Shown: in pieces, positions 46,064 through 55,070 of the stretch
Numbering within the stretch: the first letter of the stretch is position 1
Layout of the letters: each line of letters starts with the position of its first letter
Assembly: GCA_017463445.1 (NCBI GenBank)
Contig: JAFTPF010000011.1
Coordinates: forward strand, 33,087 to 97,086
Direction: 5' to 3'
Origin: Clostridia bacterium
GTDB taxonomy: Bacteria > Bacillota > Clostridia > Oscillospirales > CAG-272
Length of the DNA stretch: 64,000 nt
Notes under the pieces: model-generated
Told to the model about the DNA's origin: nothing
The model's input: only the letters and a program-made list of their open reading frames with translations
Database searches by the model: none
Translations under genes and position numbers: made by a program

Positions 46064-47113
46064 TCACTTTTTTTCGCACCCGTCAATACATAATTCAAGT
46101 TTTTCTGCATTTTTCGACGATTTTGTCAAGCCCTCCATCAATGTTTCACGTGGAACATCATCGCTCATCTCACATTCTTCCTCTGCAAGCGCTTCAAATA
46201 TATTCAGGGCGGACGAAAATCGGCGCGGCGCTTTTCGTTTGGTTGATGTTCCACGTGAAACATCGGCCTGTGGCTCATTACAAAGCTTTCGACCTTGGCG
46301 TTTCGCCACTCGAATTTCGAAAGTGTAGCTCTCAGCGCCATCGTCTCTGCGCACCGATGCATCAAATCCCGCTTCTCGCATCGTGTCAATGGCTTTTTCC
46401 ACGGTATTCTGGAACACACGAATGTCACTAACCATGATCTTCCGCGTTTGAGTAAGACGAGCGTCAGGTGCGACACTCATATTCCTAATCAACTCAGACG
46501 GATCGGTCGACGGTGAGGCGATACACTTGTGCAAAACCGCCCGCCGGAGTTCATCATTCAGATCTGCCAGCCGCAGGGCGTCCTCCGGATCGATTCCGAT
46601 CGTACGAATGGCTCGCTGTTGCTCCTGCGGCAGTTGAACCAGCTTTTCCAGCCCGTCGATCCGATCCGCTCTCAGTGAAAAGGTGGACGCGAGCTTGCTT
46701 CTGGACCAACCGTCCCGCTCCAGCGCAAGTAGAAGCTCCGCAAGCTCAATATAGTGCGGATCCTTTCGCACAAGATTCTCCGCAAGGCGAAGCACTCCAG
46801 CTTGCTTTTGCGTGCATTTAACCACAATTGCCTGAATGTGTGTGCGCCCCAGCATCCGCACCGCTTCCAGACGGCGTCTCCCGGCTATCAGCTCATATCG
46901 CTCTGTCACAGCTCCATTATCCTCCGACTTTCTCAGCAGTATGGGCTGGAGCAGACCGCATCTCAGTATATTCTCCGCCAGCGATGCCACCACGACCCCT
47001 TCGGCAGGATCTGCAATCGGCTCGCTTCTGATCTCCCCCAGCGGGATCTTCCACAGTGTTTCTCCATCCCGTTCCCCGGCAAATATCTTCTTCAACATTT
47101 CTTGCAAAAACAT
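46064..47113 (-). CDS. ParB/Noc-like N-terminal-domain protein with divergent C-terminal extension
   Basis: GLLQPILLR and IAGRRRLEA are ParB boxes. At 349 aa it carries about 70 extra C-terminal residues, whose DNA contains two parS sites. Confidence 0.8.
   Translation of the reverse strand: MFLQEMLKKIFAGERDGETLWKIPLGEIRSEPIADPAEGVVVASLAENILRCGLLQPILLRKSEDNGAVTERYELIAGRRRLEAVRMLGRTHIQAIVVKCTQKQAGVLRLAENLVRKDPHYIELAELLLALERDGWSRSKLASTFSLRADRIDGLEKLVQLPQEQQRAIRTIGIDPEDALRLADLNDELRRAVLHKCIASPSTDPSELIRNMSVAPDARLTQTRKIMVSDIRVFQNTVEKAIDTMREAGFDASVRRDDGAESYTFEIRVAKRQGRKLCNEPQADVSRGTSTKRKAPRRFSSALNIFEALAEEECEMSDDVPRETLMEGLTKSSKNAEKLELCIDGCEKK
46142..46157. promoter_or_regulatory. parS centromere-like site
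   Basis: TGTTTCACGTGGAACA is the exact reverse complement of the B. subtilis parS TGTTCCACGTGAAACA. Confidence 0.85.
46247..46262. promoter_or_regulatory. parS centromere-like site
   Basis: TGTTCCACGTGAAACA is an exact match to the B. subtilis parS consensus. Confidence 0.85.
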
Positions 47114-47210
47114 AGCAAAACCTCCTTTTTCACTACTATATCACTAAGCAAACGCAAAAGCGCTCGGAAACAGTCGAAGAAATCGGAAAATTACCATTTT
47201 TTTGCATTAT

Positions 47211-48167
47211 TTATACCATCCGACAGTCTGAGGTGAAATACAACCATAGGATGCCCGCTACGATCAGCACAAGTCCGCACAGGTATCTGCCGCCTCGCTT
47301 TTCCCGAAACACAATGCGCGACAGAACCACAGTTACCAAAATACTGAGTTTATCTACCGCGTGTACCTCACCGGCACTGCCGCCTGCAAGTGCTCTGAAG
47401 TAGCACAACCACCCGAGCCCGGTCAATACACCTGACGTCAGTAATATCAGCGCCGTTTTTCCTCCGATCAATCGGATCTCGCGCGCCTCCTTTTTCACCA
47501 AAGCCGCCGCCCAGGTAAAGATCAGCACAAATCCGGTACGCGCCACCAATGCCGCCTCCGGCGAGATCTTGCCGATCCCCGCCTTTGAAAGCAGGGTAGA
47601 AGCCGCTACCAACCCCGCCGACAGCATCGCCCACACCAGCCATCCTCGTTTTTGCGTGTTAAATTTGTCTATTCGGTTAGACTTCTTTCCGCAGCTCCAC
47701 CATACGCCGGACGTGATCAGCAGGATCGCTATGATTTTATGCACAGTCAGCCCTTCTCCGAAGAACAGCACACCGCCGGACAGAGCGAGAACAGTCGAGA
47801 GCTTGTCCACCGCTGACACGCGATCTACATCGCCGCCAGCTAGCGCCCGAAAATAACAGACCCACGCCGCCGCCGTTGCCGCCGCCGACAATGTCAGAAC
47901 GATCACCGTGCGCGGATCTATTGACGCAAGCGACGCAGTTCCCCTAGCGATTACCATCGCCAGTGAAGACACCGCTAAAACCGCAGTCGTCCTGACCGCG
48001 GACGCCGCGACCGCGCTTGTCTTATCCGATCCAAATTTCGCCAAAACCGCGTTTGTTCCAGCAAACGCAGCTGACAATAACGCGTAGACCGCCCACACAT
48101 TCCCACTTCCTTCAGTTTGTTTTTGTTTTGGAATAGTATGCCCTTCCATCCTGCCGATTATCCGCAC
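47211..48167 (-). CDS. EamA/DMT-superfamily transporter (two homologous halves)
   Basis: Internal duplication is visible: CYFRALAGGDVDRVSAVDKLS versus CYFRALAGGSAGEVHAVDKLS. The true start is probably downstream of ATG 48167. Confidence 0.75.
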   Translation of the reverse strand: MRIIGRMEGHTIPKQKQTEGSGNVWAVYALLSAAFAGTNAVLAKFGSDKTSAVAASAVRTTAVLAVSSLAMVIARGTASLASIDPRTVIVLTLSAAATAAAWVCYFRALAGGDVDRVSAVDKLSTVLALSGGVLFFGEGLTVHKIIAILLITSGVWWSCGKKSNRIDKFNTQKRGWLVWAMLSAGLVAASTLLSKAGIGKISPEAALVARTGFVLIFTWAAALVKKEAREIRLIGGKTALILLTSGVLTGLGWLCYFRALAGGSAGEVHAVDKLSILVTVVLSRIVFREKRGGRYLCGLVLIVAGILWLYFTSDCRMV

Positions 48168-48222
48168 ACAAGCAAAATATCCGCAGCCGTATGACTGCGG
48201 ATATTCCGTGCAAATATGAAGA

Positions 48223-51200
48223 TCAGATCATAAACCGAATATAACGGTACCAGATCCGCTTGTAGAAGGGCAGAGTGCGGTATTCTGAATCGATCAGCCC
48301 GCGCAGGTAGGTACCCAGCGCTTCCAGATCGGAGCGGGTCAGCGCGCGCCCAAACTCATGCTTCTGGATCAACACCATGACCTCGCTAAAGGAGTAGGGC
48401 AGGAGCGCCAACCGTGCGTGCCGACGTTTTTGCCGCGCGGTTCCGTTGATCAGGGCCGCATCAATCCTGCGGGCAAATTCGCCGGGCAGCTCACCCAGAT
48501 TCGGACGATTTCCCAGTATGCCGTGGATCTCGTAAATACTGTCACAAAGCACGCCCGCAACCTGATCAAAATCGCTCTTTTCCTCAAAGTTACCAAAGAT
48601 CGACCGTTCAATGTAATATGCGCGCCCGTCGGAGACCTTCCGCGCTCTCCTGTACTGCCAATACAGTAGCATCGCAATCACCGCAAGAATCGCCAATCCC
48701 ACAGCGATGCGGATCATCTGCGCAGGATCAAAATCGTTTGCTACGGTGGGTCCCTCCTGCTCTTCGGTAGTGACCTCGGTGCGAGGTGCGGTAGTGGTCA
48801 TCGGAGGGCGGGTAGTGCTATCAGGAGAAGTGTTTATAACAGGACGGGAAGCCGAGGTAGTCTCATCAGGGACCACCGGCTCTTCGTCAGGGATATAATA
48901 CATATCCTCGTAGTAGACAGATGTTGCTTCGTAGGTTCGCCAGCCCAGCCCATCGATATAGACCTCCACCCACGCGTGCGCGGCAGTGTCGCGGACGTTG
49001 GCGGTATACTCCAGCGCTCCGTCCTCATCGATTCCTGAGGTCATATCGTCGACGACATAGCCCTGCACATAACGGGCAGGAATTCCCGCCGCCCGCAGCA
49101 AAAGGGTCGCCGCAGACGCAAACTGCACGCAATAGCCATCCTTGGTTTCCAGAAGGAACGCGTCCAGCGCGCTACCGTCGGGATCCTGCGGCTTCGTGGG
49201 CGTGAAGGTGTAGGCATAATGCTCCGCCAGATAATCGATCACCGCCATCACCTTGTCGTGGGTGGTATCGGCACCGTTCAGCGCGGGAGCGATCTGCTCC
49301 AGAATACGCTCGATCCCTTTGCTCTCAACAGGATAATTCAGATAATTCTCCTGCACATAGTCGCTGTACTGGCTCACCAGTCGGACGTACCGATCGTACC
49401 AGCGGGCACGGGCGTTAAAGTCCAGCTTCAGATAGGACTCCAGCGCGGCGGTAGAAAATTCCACCAGTCCCGCATTATCCAGCTTGACGCGGAAATCGCC
49501 GATCGCCTTTTCGGCGTCCGTGTTGGAGTTGCGCTGCAGATCGCTGACGTATTTACAAAGCAGCTCATAATACTGCACCTCACGCTCCGCCTGCCGCGCA
49601 TATCCCTCTGTATAATAGGAGGGCATGACCGCCGCCGCCGTATAGGATTTCACCAGATTGAACCAGCCCGAGGTGATCATACCGTCTGAATGGATGGTAG
49701 CACTATCGTTGTACGCCTCGGTTTGAGAGCCGTATTTCATCAGACCAAAACCCGGCACATAGGAGGACGGAAGCATAAAGAGCTGACCGGAGTTATTGAT
49801 ATACTCAATGTCGATAAACGCCGCCGAGTAACCAAATTGAAGATTCGCCTCGTAGCCCTTTTCCCGGAAGGTACCGTCAGAAAGAGTGGGAGACAGCAGG
49901 GAGTACAGATCAAAGGTCACCCGATCGCCCATAAAGCCGCTACTCTCGCCGTCCAGCTCTCTCAGCATCTGACTGTATCCGGTGGAATCCAGCACGGTCC
50001 AATCGTCGCTCTTGTAATCGTAATCTCCTCCGATCCAGGAACGGAGATAGATCGAATGCTTCGAAGGCGACTTCACCTTGAACAGAACCACATTCTCAAA
50101 TTCAATATCTTCCAATTTATTGGAAGTACGCTCATTCAGCGTATTCATCTTGTTATAGGCAGGATTTCCGCCGGTCAGGAGCGTGGTAATGTACATTCTC
50201 GCCTGCTTGATGGGATCGGAGATAAACTCGATCTCGCCCCAGCGCTCGGTGACCGTTGCGGCAGGGACCGACGCAATCGCCAGCGCCAGAATACCCGCAA
50301 GCGCCGCGGAATAACCCGAGTACGCACGGGATTTTTTGGAATGCTTATGGGCTTTATAGGTCTTGTCGTACGCAGACAGCACCGCCGCCGAGCAAAGTCC
50401 CGCCAGCACGCAGGCGATGCCCCAGTTAGTCTGACACAGATTGTAGGTAAAGCAGACGGCACACAAGCCGCCACCCAGCACGATCATCGGAATCAATCGG
50501 GTGCGCTTTGCCGAAAATGCAGCAAAGATCAGGGCAAACACGGTGGCAATGGCAAATACGCCGCCGTAGATCAGCAGCTCGGACTGAGCGATCCCAAATC
50601 CGTCGGACAGGCCACCCAGATAGGGAAGGGTGATGCTTGCCGACGCGGCAAATCCCGCCTCGGTCAGACGGTACATCATGGCGTTGAAGACCGCCTCGAT
50701 GCCCGAGATGTAGAAGGTCAGGGGATTGCCCGCCTGCCAGAAGAAAAGTCCCACCCACGCCGCTAGCACACCAAAGCCTGCCAGCGTGAACCATTTTCCG
50801 ATAAAGATCATCGAAAAAGCAGAGACCATCACCACGCAGTAGGTGAGCAAAGGCAGCGCACCGACCTCGGTCAGTGCAAAGGCGTCACAGAACAGCCACA
50901 GTACGCCGAACAGCGAAAATCCGATGGCAAAGAAGCGCAGGAAGTAGCCGATTGGCAAAGAAAAGGTAAATCCCTGCATCTTCTTGGGATCGTACAGGAC
51001 GAAGCGGTTCCGTTTCGCCTCTTTTTTCTTGCGTTTTGCTTCCTTTTTCTCGGCTTTGCGAAGCTTTTTCAGCCGACGCTTTTCCTCTTTCGCAGTCTTC
51101 GCGATCGATAACGAGGGGGTGTCAGGTGCGTCGGATGCATCCGGAACCTCCGGGACAACCTCCGGCGCGGCATCTGTCGATGCACCGTCTCTCAGCGACG

Positions 51201-51246
51201 CCTCCAGCTCCAGCAAGGGATCGACCTTTCGTTTCTTCTTACTCAA
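48223..51246 (-). CDS. transglutaminase-like membrane protein (YebA/TgpA-like)
   Basis: 1007 aa. It has a Lys-rich N-terminus and multiple TMs. The transglutaminase core is DGYCVQFASAATLLLRAAGIPARYVQGY...AHAWVEVYIDGLGWRTYE (Cys-His-Asp type). The start codon is TTG. Confidence 0.85.
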   Translation of the reverse strand: MSKKKRKVDPLLELEASLRDGASTDAAPEVVPEVPDASDAPDTPSLSIAKTAKEEKRRLKKLRKAEKKEAKRKKKEAKRNRFVLYDPKKMQGFTFSLPIGYFLRFFAIGFSLFGVLWLFCDAFALTEVGALPLLTYCVVMVSAFSMIFIGKWFTLAGFGVLAAWVGLFFWQAGNPLTFYISGIEAVFNAMMYRLTEAGFAASASITLPYLGGLSDGFGIAQSELLIYGGVFAIATVFALIFAAFSAKRTRLIPMIVLGGGLCAVCFTYNLCQTNWGIACVLAGLCSAAVLSAYDKTYKAHKHSKKSRAYSGYSAALAGILALAIASVPAATVTERWGEIEFISDPIKQARMYITTLLTGGNPAYNKMNTLNERTSNKLEDIEFENVVLFKVKSPSKHSIYLRSWIGGDYDYKSDDWTVLDSTGYSQMLRELDGESSGFMGDRVTFDLYSLLSPTLSDGTFREKGYEANLQFGYSAAFIDIEYINNSGQLFMLPSSYVPGFGLMKYGSQTEAYNDSATIHSDGMITSGWFNLVKSYTAAAVMPSYYTEGYARQAEREVQYYELLCKYVSDLQRNSNTDAEKAIGDFRVKLDNAGLVEFSTAALESYLKLDFNARARWYDRYVRLVSQYSDYVQENYLNYPVESKGIERILEQIAPALNGADTTHDKVMAVIDYLAEHYAYTFTPTKPQDPDGSALDAFLLETKDGYCVQFASAATLLLRAAGIPARYVQGYVVDDMTSGIDEDGALEYTANVRDTAAHAWVEVYIDGLGWRTYEATSVYYEDMYYIPDEEPVVPDETTSASRPVINTSPDSTTRPPMTTTAPRTEVTTEEQEGPTVANDFDPAQMIRIAVGLAILAVIAMLLYWQYRRARKVSDGRAYYIERSIFGNFEEKSDFDQVAGVLCDSIYEIHGILGNRPNLGELPGEFARRIDAALINGTARQKRRHARLALLPYSFSEVMVLIQKHEFGRALTRSDLEALGTYLRGLIDSEYRTLPFYKRIWYRYIRFMI

Positions 51247-52588
51247 CGTCGGTCACCTCCTCCCGGGAAAGCACCGTCTCCCGCAGATCGCGGACGGTAA
51301 TGCCGTGACGGAGCAGCTCATCCCGATAGGCCTCCACGCCGTCCAGATAGGCAGAGCGGGCAGAGGGCGCGACCTGTTCGTAGGGCTCGAAGGTATAGAC
51401 CTCCTGCTTTGCACCGGCAGGAAGCTCCATGGCGCAGATCGCCGCGGTCAGACGATCGCTGAGGCCGCCCGCCACAAACACGAAGGTGGCACCGTCGAAG
51501 TTATCCTCCATCAGATTGGCAAGATCGGCGATACTATACTCGGTTTCGGTAATAGGTGCGGTGGCGAACAGACGGAAGATCTGATCCAGATCATTCTCAT
51601 TGAGCAGTCGGAAGGCGCAACGGTCATCCGCACCGCGAGAATCGAACCATACCAGCGTGACTGTCTGACCGCCCTGTCTGAGCGCCTTCAGCGCCAGAGC
51701 GATGGCACCCTCCACCACGCCGTCGGTGGCGTACTCGTTGATGTCGGGCAGATAGCGTCGATCAGAGGTATCGTAGCGCAGAGCTGTGTCCACGAACAGG
51801 AAGGTCTGTCGATCGGCGTTGCGGGCGTATTGACGCACCATCAGATCCTGGGTCTTACTCGACAGCTTCCAGTGGACCGAGCGAAGACTATCGCCCGGCT
51901 GATAATCACGGATATCGGACATTTCGGTGTTGTCCTGACCGCTTTGGAGGACCACCGTCTCGGTCTCCTCCTGACGGCTGTCGCCGCCGCTATCCACAGG
52001 CAGGGACAACCGTCGCGGAACCACAAACAATTCCCGGAACAGATCCAGCTTCACCCGATAGCGGAACAGGCGGAAGAAATCGTAAAAGCAAAGCTCGCTG
52101 ATGCCAATCTCATAGGCACCGCGATAAGCAAAGGCAAGGGTCTTCTCGATAACGTAGTTGCCGAACGGGATCAGCGAAAGCTTCGTCTTTTGGCTGATAC
52201 AGCGAACCGCGTCGTCGGAGGGAACGGTGATCACCGCCTCCACAAAGGGGTAGGGGAGGGGCGATTCGTTGGAAAGGGTCAGCGAAAAGTCCACCGGCGA
52301 ATGCTTTTCTGCCTCCTGGGCGGAGACGTTCAAGTAGAGCTTTACGCATAGCACCTCAATCAAAAGATACAGCAAAGAGAGTATGGGCAAAAACAGCACG
52401 AACAGGAAGATGACTCCCGAAATCGGCGAGAGCAGTACCTGTGTAAAGACCAGCGCGAAGGCGATCAGGATCAGATAAAGCCAAAAGTTACGCTGTGGGA
52501 AGAAGGCGGGCTGAACAAACTCTCTGTTTTTGATCTTTCGGAGAAACGACAGGATCGCCCTGCCGCAGGTTTTCAGGAAAGCCTTCAC
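51239..52588 (-). CDS. DUF58 domain-containing protein
   Basis: DIRDYQPGDSLRSVHWKLSSK is the DUF58 signature. It has N-terminal TMs. The GTG start overlaps the MoxR stop. Confidence 0.85.
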   Translation of the reverse strand: MKAFLKTCGRAILSFLRKIKNREFVQPAFFPQRNFWLYLILIAFALVFTQVLLSPISGVIFLFVLFLPILSLLYLLIEVLCVKLYLNVSAQEAEKHSPVDFSLTLSNESPLPYPFVEAVITVPSDDAVRCISQKTKLSLIPFGNYVIEKTLAFAYRGAYEIGISELCFYDFFRLFRYRVKLDLFRELFVVPRRLSLPVDSGGDSRQEETETVVLQSGQDNTEMSDIRDYQPGDSLRSVHWKLSSKTQDLMVRQYARNADRQTFLFVDTALRYDTSDRRYLPDINEYATDGVVEGAIALALKALRQGGQTVTLVWFDSRGADDRCAFRLLNENDLDQIFRLFATAPITETEYSIADLANLMEDNFDGATFVFVAGGLSDRLTAAICAMELPAGAKQEVYTFEPYEQVAPSARSAYLDGVEAYRDELLRHGITVRDLRETVLSREEVTDVE

Positions 52589-53577
52589 GCCTGGTCACGG
52601 CTGCCCCGGAAAGGGATCGGGGTCTTCAGCGAGATCTCCTGCAGGATGCTTTCGGGGGTGGTCCGAGCCAATTTTGCCTCTTGAGTCAGAACCAGACGGT
52701 GAGCCACCGAGCGAACGAAGACCGCCTTCACATCCTCGGGAAGAACGTACTCTCTGCCCTGCATGACAGCGTACGCCTGTGCCATTCTCATTACCGCCAG
52801 CGATGCACGGGGAGACGCGCCGCGAGCGATGCCGTTGTGCTTACGGGTGGCGGCAATCAGCGACACCACATAGCGGCAGATCTCGGGATCCACCGTAGCG
52901 TCGGCGGTCATGCGGCGCATCTTGGCAATACCCTCCACGTCGGTCACCGCCTGCACCTTGTCTAGGGGATTGACGCCGCGGCGCGCCATCAGAATGTCCG
53001 CCTCCTGCTCCTCGGTGGGATAGCCCATAGACAGCTTCAGCGCAAAACGGTCCAGCTGTGCTTCGGGCAGAGGATATGTACCCACGAAGCCGTGGGGGTT
53101 CTGGGTCGCAATGACCATAAAGGGCGTGGGGAGCGTATAAGTGGTGCCATCTACCGTGACCTTGCCCTCTTCCATCGCCTCCAGCAGCGCGGACTGGGTC
53201 TTGGGAGAGGCACGGTTGATCTCGTCGCCCAGGAGCAGGTTGCACATCACAAGTCCTTCCCGAAACTCGAACTGCTCGGTCTGACGGTTGTAGATATTAA
53301 AGCCGGTAATGTCGGATGCCATAATGTCGGGGGTAAACTGGGCGCGCTTAAAGGACAGCCCCGCCGCCTTAGCCAACGCGCCCGCCAGAGTAGTCTTACC
53401 CACACCGGGAACGTCCTCGATCAGCACATGGGTGCCTGCCAGCATCGCACAGACCAGCAGACGGATCTCGTTGTGCTTACCGACCACTACCTTCTCCACC
53501 TCTTCGATCAGGCGGGCGGCGAGATTGGTGGTCTCGATACGGTCAAAGGTTTGGTTCATTTTGTCAAGATTGCTCAT
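52585..53577 (-). CDS. MoxR-family AAA+ ATPase
   Basis: Walker A is EDVPGVGKTT and Walker B is LLGDEINRA. The ATQNP motif is present. ATG 53577 follows GGAGGAATC. Confidence 0.9.
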   Translation of the reverse strand: MSNLDKMNQTFDRIETTNLAARLIEEVEKVVVGKHNEIRLLVCAMLAGTHVLIEDVPGVGKTTLAGALAKAAGLSFKRAQFTPDIMASDITGFNIYNRQTEQFEFREGLVMCNLLLGDEINRASPKTQSALLEAMEEGKVTVDGTTYTLPTPFMVIATQNPHGFVGTYPLPEAQLDRFALKLSMGYPTEEQEADILMARRGVNPLDKVQAVTDVEGIAKMRRMTADATVDPEICRYVVSLIAATRKHNGIARGASPRASLAVMRMAQAYAVMQGREYVLPEDVKAVFVRSVAHRLVLTQEAKLARTTPESILQEISLKTPIPFRGSRDQA

Positions 53578-53745
53578 GAAGATTCCTCCGTTTTGGTAAA
53601 AATGCAAAATTTCACTAGATACATTATAACACAAAGCAGTTTGGAAATCAATAAGGCAAGCCGTATTTTTGCAAACTTGCAAAGCAAATCAGGTGAATTT
53701 TGTGTGAACGCACGGACCATTCCGAAACAAAATCACAAAAACCAC

Positions 53746-53774
53746 TTGACATCGGCAGGGAAAGATGCTACAAT
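53746..53774 (+). promoter_or_regulatory. sigma-A type promoter of tRNA-Ser
   Basis: TTGACA, 17 nt, TACAAT, lying 19 nt upstream of the tRNA 5' end. Confidence 0.6.
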
Positions 53775-53792
53775 AAACGAGCAACTGAATAC

Positions 53793-53880
53793 GGAGGGTT
53801 ATCGAAGCGGTCATAACGAGGCGGTCTTGAAAACCGTTTGGGGTCTCCCCACGTGGGTTCGAATCCCACACCCTCCGCCA
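53793..53880 (+). tRNA. tRNA-Ser (anticodon UGA)
   Basis: Manual fold. The acceptor is GGAGGGT/ACCCTCC. The anticodon loop is CUUGAAA. It has a long variable arm (GGGG-UCU-CCCC), a T arm GTGGG-TTCGAAT-CCCAC and an encoded CCA. Confidence 0.9.
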
Positions 53881-53884
53881 CAAA

Positions 53885-53919
53885 AGTCCTCAAAAACACT
53901 TAGTTTTTGAGGACTTTTT
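53885..53919 (+). terminator. rho-independent terminator after tRNA-Ser
   Basis: AGTCCTCAAAAAC...GTTTTTGAGGACT followed by TTTT. Confidence 0.8.
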
Positions 53920-54178
53920 ATGTTGTTTTGATATGAGCTTGAAATCGAGTATTCGGCGATCTCACGCAATTGAGCGAAAATGTTCTAATAAACGCGTTAG
54001 AAAAAGCGTTAGAATTCCTCCAAAAATTCTTTGACATATGAAGCGCAAACATAAATTTGAATTCTACAATTTCCGCAAAACAATTTTCGGCCTTATCTCC
54101 TTCTTTCCGTCAGATACAACTGAGCGGTTGTTGATCTGCTCGAGTTTTCGTAGTATAATCAAAGGAGGGCTTTCTATA

Positions 54179-54787
54179 ATGTACAATCTAAATAATTTTT
54201 GCAACGTTATTGCATCACTTCGAAAAGAGAAAGGATGGACACAGACAACACTCGCCGAAAGGATCGGCATCTCTCCGCAATCGGTCTCAAAATGGGAATG
54301 TGGAATTGGATTTCCCGATGTAATGCTCTTTCCCGTGATTGCAGAAGTCTTGACTGTTCCTATTGGTGTTCTTTTCGGAGAGAGACCAAAGGAGGACGAA
54401 TCAATGATACGAAATAACGAATACAAAAAAGAATTCACCACTTGTCAAACCATCACTGTCAATTTAGGAAATAAGTGCCGCGTGGAATACATCGAAAGCG
54501 ATAACGGCGTCTGTAAAGTTGAAGCTCAAGGCGATCCCGTATTTCTCCGCTATTTTGATGTAGAACAAGAGGAAGCCAATCTGCTGGTGCAAATCAAGAA
54601 CCCGAGCGGTTCAGCTATTCGCTGGGAGCATTACGACAGAGAAGGGTATACTGGCGAAAATCTTGTGCAAATCTATATCGGGTGTGACGGAGTGAATATC
54701 AATTCCATCAATTATCTCAATTTGAAAGCACTGAGTCATATCAACAAACAGGGACACGATGAAGTGATTTGCAGTAGCCTTGCGTGA
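54179..54787 (+). CDS. XRE-family HTH protein with uncharacterised C-terminal domain (AT-rich)
   Basis: The HTH is LRKEKGWTQTTLAERIGISPQSVSKWECG. AAAGGAGGG is the RBS before ATG 54179. Confidence 0.75.
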   Translation: MYNLNNFCNVIASLRKEKGWTQTTLAERIGISPQSVSKWECGIGFPDVMLFPVIAEVLTVPIGVLFGERPKEDESMIRNNEYKKEFTTCQTITVNLGNKCRVEYIESDNGVCKVEAQGDPVFLRYFDVEQEEANLLVQIKNPSGSAIRWEHYDREGYTGENLVQIYIGCDGVNINSINYLNLKALSHINKQGHDEVICSSLA

Positions 54788-55025
54788 GTTCGAAGCCCTG
54801 GGACTGCGAAAATTTTTGTGTAAAAGCCCCTCCAATCAAACGGGCGCCTGCGAAGCAGGCAGAGTTGTCTGCTTCCCTCGTATTTGCACTTTCCCCGAGA
54901 GACGGCTGTGCCATGCGCGCTGTGCGTGAATAGCGCGGACGAGCGCAACGGCTACCTTGCAGGCGTAGACATCCTCTGTGACGGCGGCAGTATCATCGGC
55001 AAACAATTCAAATAAAGTCAAAAAC

Positions 55026-55065
55026 ACCGCAAAGACTCTCTGAAACACAGAGTCTTTGCGGTTTT
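55026..55065. terminator. bidirectional terminator
   Basis: A 14-bp stem, ACCGCAAAGACTCT...AGAGTCTTTGCGGT, is flanked by A-run and T-run. Confidence 0.7.
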
Positions 55066-55070
55066 CGCAT

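Noticed and set aside
53689-53883. 64-aa minus-strand ORF overlapping tRNA-Ser.
   Set aside because: It is the reverse complement of a well-folding tRNA and its promoter, so it is not a gene.
54870-55015. Possible remnant of a short-chain dehydrogenase C-terminus (…NGYLAGVDILCDGGSIIGKQFK* on the + strand).
   Set aside because: Only about 20 residues resemble the SDR …G..i.vDGG… ending. The upstream frame has no Rossmann or catalytic motifs and is closed by stops. This is too little to call a pseudogene.
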